Assembly: GCA_965279515.1 (NCBI GenBank)
Contig: CBDIID010000003.1
Location: 4,288,001 to 4,352,000 of the forward strand
Direction: 5' to 3'
From: Turneriella sp.
GTDB lineage: Bacteria; Spirochaetota; Leptospiria; Turneriellales; Turneriellaceae
Length of the DNA: 64,000 bases
Part shown: one piece after another, positions 21,490-29,490 of the stretch
Layout of the letters: every line of letters begins with the position of its first letter
Numbering within the stretch: position 1 is the first letter of the stretch
Translations under genes and position numbers: made by a program
Notes under the pieces: model-generated
What the model was told of the DNA's origin: nothing
What the model saw: only the letters and a program-made list of their open reading frames with translations
The model's database searches: none

Positions 21490-23033
21490 TAGACTGCCAC
21501 CCCGACTTTTTCTGCGCTCGCGACGCGTGAAAAGATTTTTGCAATCGATTCAAGGCCTTGTACCGGTTTCAGGACCGGGGTAGTCTTTTTCACCTCGCCT
21601 GTTTTGTCGCGGAAAGAACCGGCTTTTTCAGGAAAGGCCAGTACGGGTGCCGTGATGGCGGCAAGTTCAGCAGCCGTATTCGCATGCGTCGTGAAGAGCG
21701 CGACCTTGTTCCATGCCGTCGCGGCATTGATGGCGTCAAAGAGTGCGGTATCTTCAACCTGCTCGGGTATACTGAGCCCCGCAACATGTGCGTGTTTTTC
21801 ACCGGTCTGGTAAGCAAACGGCGCAGAAAGCTCGTTGAGAATAATAACAAGGTCCGCGGTGCGGATGGCCCCTGCAAGAGATGCAAAATCGTTAAATGCC
21901 GTTTTGCTCCAATCGCGCAAATATTTGGCGTTCGGCCGCAAGTCGCGGCTCAGCAGGAAATCCCACTGCCCATTTTCTGTGCCATGGAAGGCATCTTTAT
22001 CAGAACGGAAATCCCAGTCGACGGTTTTTCCCTGCGCTTGCCAAGCACCGACGATCTGCGAGAAGGCATCGATTTCTTCGCACGCTTCGCTTGCGCCGCC
22101 GATGACGAGAATTTTTTTTGCCGCATCGATTTTTTGGGCTAACGCGGGGAGTGCGGTCTTCGACGTCGCTTTCTCGCCGTTGAGGACATAATGGTTGAGA
22201 CGATTTGCGGAAAAATCTTTGCCGCTGAAACGACCAAAATCACAGATGAAGTGGCCATCGGCCATCGGATTCTGCGGCGGCATGTAGCGGTAAAGCGCAT
22301 TGTTTTTGACGTTGGTCGTCACCTTGCAGAGCGTCGAGCAGCCGTGGCAGATCGACTCATGCGATTCATACCACCAGACGCGCGACTGGAAGAGTGTGTT
22401 TTCGTTCAGCAGTGCGCCCACCGGGCAGATGTCGGCGAGTGCGCCCTGGTAGTTGTGATTGAGGTAAGTCGATTTTTCGCCTGAAGTTTCGGGCGGAGTG
22501 TAGGCGATGATGGTGTCGTTGCCGCGCGCGAGCATCTCGAGATCGGGCACGCCGACGATTTCTTTGTCGAAACGCACACAGCGGTAGCAGAGAATGCAGC
22601 GGTTGTGGTTGATTAAGAGATTGGTGCCAATCTTCTCTTGCGGAATATTTCTTTTTATTTCTTTGTAACGTGTGGTGTCGTGGCCCAGCGCGAAGGAATA
22701 ATTCTGCAGGCGGCACTCGCCGGCCTTGTCGCAGACGGGGCAGTCGAGCGGGTGGTTGATGAGCAGAAACTCCATCACACCTTCACGCGCCTTGACGATC
22801 TTCTCGCCGAAGGCGTTGATCTTCATGCCGTCTTTGATCGGCGTATTACACGCCGCCTGGAACTTCGGCACGCCTTCGATTTCGATGAGGCAGATGCGGC
22901 ACATGCCGACGACGGACAATTTGGAGTGATAACAGAAGTGGGGGATCTCCACACCTTTGTCGTGGAGGGCATCGATCAGGTTCTTCTTCTCGTCGACCTC
23001 GTGTTCGGTCCCGTCGACGAAGATCTTGGCCAT
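21489..23033 (-). CDS. nuoG: NADH-quinone oxidoreductase subunit G (short form)
   Basis: [48 protein letters not shown]. Confidence 0.9.
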   Translation of the reverse strand: MAKIFVDGTEHEVDEKKNLIDALHDKGVEIPHFCYHSKLSVVGMCRICLIEIEGVPKFQAACNTPIKDGMKINAFGEKIVKAREGVMEFLLINHPLDCPVCDKAGECRLQNYSFALGHDTTRYKEIKRNIPQEKIGTNLLINHNRCILCYRCVRFDKEIVGVPDLEMLARGNDTIIAYTPPETSGEKSTYLNHNYQGALADICPVGALLNENTLFQSRVWWYESHESICHGCSTLCKVTTNVKNNALYRYMPPQNPMADGHFICDFGRFSGKDFSANRLNHYVLNGEKATSKTALPALAQKIDAAKKILVIGGASEACEEIDAFSQIVGAWQAQGKTVDWDFRSDKDAFHGTENGQWDFLLSRDLRPNAKYLRDWSKTAFNDFASLAGAIRTADLVIILNELSAPFAYQTGEKHAHVAGLSIPEQVEDTALFDAINAATAWNKVALFTTHANTAAELAAITAPVLAFPEKAGSFRDKTGEVKKTTPVLKPVQGLESIAKIFSRVASAEKVGVAV

Positions 23034-23110
23034 GGGCGTATTTCGAGGGTTAAATCAGGGTGTCTATTTCTTGTTCAATTGCAGAAAATCAGGGGGGCTA
23101 AAAAACATAA

Positions 23111-23180
23111 AAACCACGGCGGTCAGGAAGGGCACGGCGGGGAATCCCCAATCGCCGTGTTCGCCGTACCGCCGTGGTTT
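23111..23180. repeat. Nested palindromic intergenic element
   Basis: AAACCACGGCGGT (23111-23123) pairs with ACCGCCGTGGTTT (23168-23180); inner arms GGGCACGGCG / CGCCGTGTTC. Confidence 0.65.
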
Positions 23181-23194
23181 CTTCCAGGTCTCGG

Positions 23195-23605
23195 TTATTT
23201 CTCTTTGCGGACGCGCTTCTCGGGCAGGGCTGCTTTGCAGGTGTCGCTGACCTTGTCGCGGTTTTGCATCAGGCACTTCAGGCCTGCATGTTTTTTGGCA
23301 CCGGCAGCGTTGGCGTCGGGGCAGAGTTTCTGGATGTCTGGAGCACAGGTTTCGAGCGCTTTGGACATTTTCGCCTTGCGGTCTGCGTGTTTGGCCTTGT
23401 GTTCTTCTTTTTTAGCCTTGCATTCAGCAGAGAATTTGTCTTTATTCTCTTTAATACAGGCTTTCATCGCCTTGCGGTCGTTTTTTTTGTCGCCGCAGAA
23501 TTTTTCAATGTCGGCCTTACAGGGGCCGTTTTTGCGCCCTTTATTGGCTAAGATTGGCAGGGTGGTAAAGGAAAATAGTGTAATTGTGATGAGTATTTTT
23601 CGCAT
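23195..23605 (-). CDS. Exported Cys-rich repeat protein (GLG1/Cys_rich_FGFR-like)
   Basis: Signal peptide; two C..D..K.C...CL/I..N.DK.S..C repeats. Confidence 0.8.
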   Translation of the reverse strand: MRKILITITLFSFTTLPILANKGRKNGPCKADIEKFCGDKKNDRKAMKACIKENKDKFSAECKAKKEEHKAKHADRKAKMSKALETCAPDIQKLCPDANAAGAKKHAGLKCLMQNRDKVSDTCKAALPEKRVRKEK

Positions 23606-24306
23606 ATATGTTTTTTTGTCTCCCATGGCCTTATGACGGCCTATGTAATAAAGAACGGACATGCAAAAATCATAAAAGATCTCTACCGATAGCTATAGTG
23701 TGTGTGTTTCCCGTGATATCCTGTCACGAAGTTTCAGGTTCATTGGTTTTTGGCAACACAGCGCACCTTCACTTTACTGCCGTTGCCCCCGCTATTCGCT
23801 TTACTACCGTTTGTATATACCTGGCCTTGGTTGCTAAAATCGACCAAGAGCGCATAGTTTTGCCCGCAAAACGAAGGAGAATCGGACGACGACCAAAAAA
23901 CTTCATCCGTATATTTCTGGCCGTTTACGCCGGGGGGGGGATTGCCAGACGTACTCGGAAAGTATTCTGTATTAACGGAAGCTAGTTCGTCGATCTCTAC
24001 AATACTTACAAGTTCATCAATTGAGGGAAGCCTCCAGCTAATACCTGCTAATTTGAGTTCTGAGCAGTACTTTGAAGCAGAATACCAATTGGTGCTGGTG
24101 CCATTGCCCTCGCAAAAGCGTTCATTCCGTTGCCCGTATGCGCATTTTTGCCATTTTAAATTGGTCTTTTTATCTGTGATTGTTCCGTCTCCGTTATCAA
24201 CATAGCGTTTCGCCATCTTGCGGGTCGGTGAGCTCGATAAATTGCCGCACTGAGGTACTTGGAATTCATAATGTTTGCTGCTCGCACAGGCCGTCACAAA
24301 TCCTAG

Positions 24307-25547
24307 CAGGGTGTTGAAAAACGCATAGAATCGGGTATCCGTTCAAACCATAAATACGATTGGACGGGCACGTATTTTGCGCCTTGCCACCTTCGCTTCT
24401 GGGCGCAACGGGCTCATAGCTTGCCAGCCAAAATAACCAGATTGGCTGCCGCCATCGTGAATATGAAATGAAAGCCAACCTTAGCTTTGCCGCAGTAGCG
24501 TGTTTTACGGATACCACCGATGGTTTTGCCCCAGCCAAATAATTCTTCAATCCGTTTGCGAACGCGTTGGCTGATTGCATAGCCGGTACTTCGCGCCGTT
24601 CGGCGATCAAGGCCTGGTGTTTTTCGTGTTTCAATCATGGCGATGTGCGGTTTTATCTTCAATGACCTGAGCGATGCTACCATGTCTTTCGTATGGTAGC
24701 CTTTGTCTGCACCCAATGTTCGCGGCTTGATTTTGCGCTTGCGGAGATTCTTTAATAGAGCAAGCAAGCCACGGCGTTCTGCTTTGCCATCAGCAGCCTC
24801 CAGGTTTGCCGCAACACAAAGACCGGTACGATTTTCCATGACGACATTACCGCAGTAAGACAGCTTTGCTTCTTTGCCGGGGCCCTTGCGTGCAAGCATG
24901 GATTCGGGATCAGTAGTACTGGCATGTGTTTCATTGCTGCGTTTTTCATCGTGAAAATTCACGATCGGATTGCGACTGGTGTCTATTGGCTTTTCGCGTT
25001 TTACGTCTGCATCTTTTTGTTTCGGCTTAAAGCTTTTAAGCGATGCCCATGCTTCGATCAATGTGCCGTCAGCGGTGAAGTGTTCATCAGAGACCAGATT
25101 CTTGCTTTGCGCAAAACGAACGACCTGCGCCAGAAAGCTATTTGCGATTTCCTGATTGAGGAGGCGTTCGCGGTTTTTGGCAAAAGTACTGTGATTCGGA
25201 ACAGGATCATTCGGCATCAGATCAAGAAACCAGCGGAAGAGAAAATTGTAGCTGAGTTGTTCACAAAGCTGGCGCTCCGAACGAATCGAATAAAAAGCGA
25301 TCAGAAGCGATGCCTTCAGCAAAAACTCCGGCGGTATCGAGGGTCTGCCAGCATCGGCGTACATCTTATCAAGTGCTCCATCCAGTTTGCCGAGCACGTC
25401 ATCGGCCATAGTCTTGATTTTACGCAATGGATGCGACGGCGGAATCAGATCTTCCGCAGAGAAATTGTAGAGAAAATTCATCTGAGCTTTTTGGTCACCG
25501 CGCATTGGCTCAATATAATCAAAATTAAGGACTTCTTCAACACCCTG
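24307..25547 (-). mobile_element. IS5-family insertion sequence, 1241 bp
   Basis: Terminal inverted repeats CAGGGTGTTGAAAAA / TTCTTCAACACCCTG (14 of 15 match); CTAG on both flanks (24303-24306, 25548-25551). Confidence 0.92.
24414..25505 (-). CDS. IS5 family DDE transposase
   Basis: HPLR, GRPSIPPE, SERQL, FRWF, DGTLIEAWAS, ADKGY, R.RIE..FGW.K. Confidence 0.95.
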   Translation of the reverse strand: MRGDQKAQMNFLYNFSAEDLIPPSHPLRKIKTMADDVLGKLDGALDKMYADAGRPSIPPEFLLKASLLIAFYSIRSERQLCEQLSYNFLFRWFLDLMPNDPVPNHSTFAKNRERLLNQEIANSFLAQVVRFAQSKNLVSDEHFTADGTLIEAWASLKSFKPKQKDADVKREKPIDTSRNPIVNFHDEKRSNETHASTTDPESMLARKGPGKEAKLSYCGNVVMENRTGLCVAANLEAADGKAERRGLLALLKNLRKRKIKPRTLGADKGYHTKDMVASLRSLKIKPHIAMIETRKTPGLDRRTARSTGYAISQRVRKRIEELFGWGKTIGGIRKTRYCGKAKVGFHFIFTMAAANLVILAGKL

Positions 25548-25898
25548 CTAGTGTTTGGCAGACGATTTGAAATTTAACAGAAGCATGGTTCTTCATAAAA
25601 TCACCTCAAAGTACATTTTCTGGAGCAACCAGAGAGTCTAAAGGAAGCAACAATTTGTCAACTTTATTGATGTTGTCTTTTTTAATTGACCATGTTGAAA
25701 ATCGACGTGATTGTTTTTCTGGGGATTGTGTTCACTAGAGGCTGTCGCATTATTCTTATTGTTACTCTGTATGGTTGGGTATAAAAGTAAGTGAAGATTA
25801 GTGAGAGTCTACGGATGCTCAGATCTAAATCGTATGCCAGGTCGTATTACTGGCGTAAATCAAAAGGCCGTGTAGATAAAATATTAAGGCGGTGAATT

Positions 25899-26710
25899 TT
25901 GAAAACTGACAACGTTGTGTTACGATCTCTACCTTTGGTTTTCATAGGATTCTTAACGGGCTGTCAGAACGTACCGATAATCGGTCAGAATAGTGATTAT
26001 GAAATTGTGTATCTCGCCGTTGGAGGTGTGCTGTCGAACAATGATGATGGTGCGGCCATTTCAGGTGCCGAAATTACCATTTCACCGAGTGACATCTCTA
26101 TTATTAAATCGGGTACAGCCAAGAACCTTGTGCTGCAAGACCATAATGGCTCTGTGGGTGCGAATTCCGTAAATTTATCGGATGTTACTAGATTAGTTAC
26201 AGATTCTACCGGGAAATTTTTGGGATCTATTCCTTTGCCGGTAAAGAAGCTGAAAGATGGAACTGGGTACGAAGTAACTCTGAAAGTAAAGGCCCTGAAG
26301 GGCCGATAGCCGGCCCGGTCTACGCTTATGCTGGCATACAACAATCTTTCACCATCAAAAAAAGCAATGGGAGTGAAAAACCTTTATTTAATTTTGCCGG
26401 CTACAGCGTCTCTCTTCAGGGATCTGCAAGTTTTGATTTTGGCGTTGGTGCTTTTGGCTTGGATATATCAGCGAAAAATTGGATTAAGAATACTGTGGAT
26501 AATATAGCCTCGCGGATTTCTTTACCACTATGCCCAAATACCCTTTATTACTGTGTTGGAGCTTCAGGTCAGCAGGTATCTTTGAAGAAAATTTGTGATG
26601 GTAACCCATATGATTGCTCTAATAACGAGGATGAAACAGCACCGGTATTTGGTGGATGTCAGAATTTCTGTTCTACCCAATCGCAGTTGTATCGTCATTG
26701 TTGTGAATGA
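25899..26710 (+). pseudogene. Probable frameshifted lipoprotein gene (ORFs 25899-26309 and about 26300-26710) with a Cys-rich LDLa-like C-terminus
   Basis: Lipobox LTGC; the second frame is stop-free across the first ORF's end and reads PIAGPVYAYAG...ICDGNPYDCSNNEDE. Confidence 0.6.
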
Positions 26711-27524
26711 TAGGTTTTGGCAAGCGACGACCGCTATATTAAAGTTGGAAAAGTTGGAGATAATTTTGTCGCGATTCCTTATTGGCAGCATAATATTTTT
26801 TATTACAAATTTTGCTTGGGGAAAATCTGTTGTTGCTGATCGATCGAAGCTAAATACTGATAGTATCAGGAATAATCAGCTGATACTTCGTTTCGAATAC
26901 TTGCCTTTAAGCTTTTCCCGCAGTCATCAGACGCTTACGATTGATAACAAAGTATATCCGAATGATACAGCGGCATTATTAGGCGGAAGTATTGAGTATC
27001 GCCGGCTTAACTTTTTTCAGCAAAATCTTTTTTTGTTTGATCGCTTTCAGCATTTAGCGGGGAGTAAGGCGTTTACGGTTGAAGGTGAAACGGAAAAAGC
27101 TGAATTGAAAGGGTCTTTGGGCATTTTTTTTGGTTGGTGTAGGTCTTGTGTTTCCGTTGAAAACGCGTTATTTATCTCTCCTCATGTAGGAATAGGAGGC
27201 CATTTTGCAAGTATGGCTTTATCACACCCGACCCAAGTCCTCTACAAACAGACGATGCAAAGGTACGGTGGGAGCATCTTTTTGGGTGTGAATTTGGGCG
27301 TGGGCTTATCTAATAATCTCGTTATAGAGATGCGTCTTGGTGTAACAAACCTTTTGTATTCTGGCTATTTCGGCAGTCTGTTATGCTTTTTAGTTAAATC
27401 CGGCCAACCACTGCCTGTGCCAAACCCTCAACACGAAAACTTTCGGGGTCTGCCGCAAACGGCTCGTAACGGCTGTTTAAAGAATAAAGGAGGATCTTTT
27501 TCCCGGAGCGGACCATCCGCTTGA
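26595..27524 (+). CDS. Outer-membrane beta-barrel-like exported protein, probably 3'-truncated; true start uncertain
   Basis: Signal-like IIFFITNFAWG; alternating beta-strand segments; the last 131 nt overlap the lexA-like gene antisense. Confidence 0.5.
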   Translation: MMVTHMIALITRMKQHRYLVDVRISVLPNRSCIVIVVNDRFWQATTAILKLEKLEIILSRFLIGSIIFFITNFAWGKSVVADRSKLNTDSIRNNQLILRFEYLPLSFSRSHQTLTIDNKVYPNDTAALLGGSIEYRRLNFFQQNLFLFDRFQHLAGSKAFTVEGETEKAELKGSLGIFFGWCRSCVSVENALFISPHVGIGGHFASMALSHPTQVLYKQTMQRYGGSIFLGVNLGVGLSNNLVIEMRLGVTNLLYSGYFGSLLCFLVKSGQPLPVPNPQHENFRGLPQTARNGCLKNKGGSFSRSGPSA

Positions 27525-27996
27525 TATAGGCCTTACCGCCGTCGGCGCAGGCGATAATACTGCCGTCCGGCGCCTCGACCGCTCTCTCGAACAGCACCAG
27601 ATCTCCGTCGAGAATACGCGGTTCCATCGAGTCGCCATGCGCCCTGACAAAGAACGGATTTTGCAGGTTTACGCCGAGAAACTGCGGTGGCAGCTCGAGG
27701 CGCTCTTCGACGTCGCCCGAGAGAATCGTGCCCTCGGGGCCGCAGCGCGCGAGGCCATAGAGGTTCACGAGAAACAAGCCCGACTCTTCGGGCGGTTGGC
27801 GCACGCGGTAGTCGGCGGGGTTCATGGGATTGCGCTCGATCATGCCTTTCTTCTCTAACTGCTGTAAATGGAAGAACACGAGGCTCGGAGTCGAGAGGTT
27901 GAGATCGTCTTGCAACTCACGGATTGTGTAGCCCTCGCCAGCGAGGCGGGTGAGCCGCGTGAGCAATTTTTTTTGTGTCGGATGTAGCTTTTTCAT
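27394..27996 (-). CDS. lexA: LexA-like transcriptional repressor (wHTH + S24 peptidase)
   Basis: TIREL...L.LSTPS.V..HL.QLEKKG.I.R helix-turn-helix; cleavage loop GLARCGP; catalytic GDSM (Ser) and YIKR (Lys). Confidence 0.88.
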   Translation of the reverse strand: MKKLHPTQKKLLTRLTRLAGEGYTIRELQDDLNLSTPSLVFFHLQQLEKKGMIERNPMNPADYRVRQPPEESGLFLVNLYGLARCGPEGTILSGDVEERLELPPQFLGVNLQNPFFVRAHGDSMEPRILDGDLVLFERAVEAPDGSIIACADGGKAYIKRMVRSGKKILLYSLNSRYEPFAADPESFRVEGLAQAVVGRI

Positions 27997-28016
27997 AGTG
28001 TTTCGCCGTTTTTTAA

Positions 28017-28073
28017 TTTTGTAGAACAAAAATAGAACATTTTAGTTGCCGTTTTATTCTTGTTCTATATATT
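28017..28073. promoter_or_regulatory. Divergent promoter with candidate LexA operators
   Basis: TTTTG-N5-CAAAA (28017-28031); GAAC-N7-GAAC (28024-28038); inverted copy GTTT-N7-GTTC (28051-28065) lying between TTGCCG (28046-28051) and TATATT (28068-28073). Confidence 0.65.
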
Positions 28074-28099
28074 GGCTGTAAAGCAAAAAAGGGGTATTT

Positions 28100-28834
28100 A
28101 TGTGGCACACGAAAACAGATTTTAACGAAGGGGTAAATCCCTCAGCGGAGCTCACCCTCGGCAATGCCTATAAACTGTGGAACTACCGCAGCCACGAGCG
28201 TTCGATCGCCTATATGACCGGTACCTCGGCGATTTTTCCGCTCGCGCAGGTCTGGCAGACCCGCATGGCCATCGAGGGCATCAAAACGCATACTATAGAC
28301 TGTGCGATCCGCTTCAATACCTATGCGATCGCCGAAGAGGCCTTGCGCCTCGAGATTCCGCCTGAATCGATCCACGACCAGATCACCGTTACCCGCGCAT
28401 TCACACCATACCAGATTCTCGACGCAGTGCAAGAGTTGAAAAAAAATGAAGTCGTCTTCATTCTTGCGCCTGCGAAACAGTTTTTTGACGGCGATGTCGC
28501 CTTCGATGAGGGGCTGTTTTTAATCCAGAAGCTGGTGCGGTTTTTGGCCGATGCGCATGAACGCGGGGTGGCGCTCTTCGTCGTAGAGAAGCCGTCATAC
28601 GCCGCCCCCGCGTTCAGCACATTTCTTTCCGACATTCGCCCGATCACCGACAAAAGCCGGTGGGAACTCTACCGGCTCGGCATGGATAATGCCTACCGGT
28701 TAAAGTACATCACCAACGGCAAGCTCCACAGAGATATTCTGAGCCTGCCGCAGCCCAAGGCCGACGAACGACCACGGGGGGGATCACTCAAAGCGCAAAA
28801 TTTTTCATCACAAATGCAGTTTGCTTTCACTTAA
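28100..28834 (+). CDS. Inactivated RecA/RadA-like protein (iRadA type, PolB2-associated)
   Basis: IDCAIRFNTYAIA...I.V.RAFTPYQI segment of the RadA/Rad51-like fold; no Walker A GKT. Confidence 0.75.
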   Translation: MWHTKTDFNEGVNPSAELTLGNAYKLWNYRSHERSIAYMTGTSAIFPLAQVWQTRMAIEGIKTHTIDCAIRFNTYAIAEEALRLEIPPESIHDQITVTRAFTPYQILDAVQELKKNEVVFILAPAKQFFDGDVAFDEGLFLIQKLVRFLADAHERGVALFVVEKPSYAAPAFSTFLSDIRPITDKSRWELYRLGMDNAYRLKYITNGKLHRDILSLPQPKADERPRGGSLKAQNFSSQMQFAFT

Positions 28835-28843
28835 GGAGGATCT

Positions 28844-29041
28844 ATGAAAAAGAAGAACCATCTCATCCGCAGCGAGTCCGCAGAAAAGCTGCACTCGAGG
28901 CTGCTCAGGCTCTCCCTGTGGGATTCCCTGAACAGTAAGCGCAAAGAGCCGATGTCCTTTGCCTTCAAGATCACGCCGACGAGCGTGCTCAACCGTGTGC
29001 TGGCAGTTGAATATATGTCGCGCCACCGCGAAGACAACTAA
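28844..29041 (+). CDS. Small hypothetical protein in the polymerase operon
   Basis: Strong RBS AAGGAGGA; stop overlaps the next start (TAATG). Confidence 0.6.
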   Translation: MKKKNHLIRSESAEKLHSRLLRLSLWDSLNSKRKEPMSFAFKITPTSVLNRVLAVEYMSRHREDN

Positions 29042-29316
29042 TGGGCCGCACCGTCAGCGCCTATTCGATGGTGATCGATAAGGTCATTAGTCGTTTCGAC
29101 AGCTACCGCCGCACGTTGCGCCGCGAAGACCGCGAGGCCTTCGACGATCTCATGCGTATCGCGCGCATGCAGGTGCAGGCGGGCGTGATGGCGCAGCATC
29201 CCAATGCCTTCGATTCGATGAGCATGGCGATGCTGATTCACCTGCAGCGCGAAATTACCGAGCTAAAAAAAGAAAGAAATTTCAAGGGAGAACTTTATGG
29301 GGAAAAGACAGCTTAA
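29041..29316 (+). CDS. Small PolB2-associated protein (PPB2/arCOG07300-like)
   Basis: MGRTV...YRRTLRREDREAFD.L signature of the small gene found next to PolB2. Confidence 0.78.
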   Translation: MGRTVSAYSMVIDKVISRFDSYRRTLRREDREAFDDLMRIARMQVQAGVMAQHPNAFDSMSMAMLIHLQREITELKKERNFKGELYGEKTA

Positions 29317-29410
29317 ACTCAAGACGAGTAAATCACAGTCGATCGCCACGGCGTTGCACGTGAGCGTTCCGCTGCTTGTTTATTGGTTGATTTTGCTTTT
29401 AGATAAATAG
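29297..29410 (+). CDS. Putative 37-aa single-pass membrane peptide
   Basis: Manual translation MGKRQLKLKTSKSQSIATALHVSVPLLVYWLILLLDK; AAGGGAG RBS upstream. Confidence 0.45.
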   Translation: MGKRQLKLKTSKSQSIATALHVSVPLLVYWLILLLDK

Positions 29411-29418
29411 GGAAAAAT

Positions 29419-29481
29419 ATGAAGAAAGAACAATATTCAATCGACCCCGATCACGACGACGATATACCGTTGGCTGCTTAG
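29419..29481 (+). CDS. Putative 20-aa acidic peptide
   Basis: Manual translation MKKEQYSIDPDHDDDIPLAA; fills the gap up to 9 nt before the polymerase start. Confidence 0.35.
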   Translation: MKKEQYSIDPDHDDDIPLAA

Positions 29482-29490
29482 ACTTCGTAA

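Larger units (their letters stand above)
23740..25596 (-). pseudogene. DUF1566 (Lcl C-terminal domain) lipoprotein gene interrupted by an IS5-family element
   Basis: DNGDGTITDKKTNLKW, WRLPSIDEL, FWSSS, VRCV; removing the IS and one CTAG restores an in-frame 203-aa ORF from ATG 25596, preceded by GAGGTG. Confidence 0.88.

Noticed and set aside
22638..23636. 332-aa + strand ORF
   Set aside because: Antisense to nuoG and the Cys-rich gene, crossing the intergenic hairpin; no protein-like features.
23740..24297. DUF1566 gene as target of a diversity-generating retroelement
   Set aside because: No reverse transcriptase and no template/variable repeat pair was seen in the window.
24266..25577. 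Extra ORFs inside the IS (122 aa, 217 aa and others)
   Set aside because: Alternative-frame or antisense shadows of the transposase.
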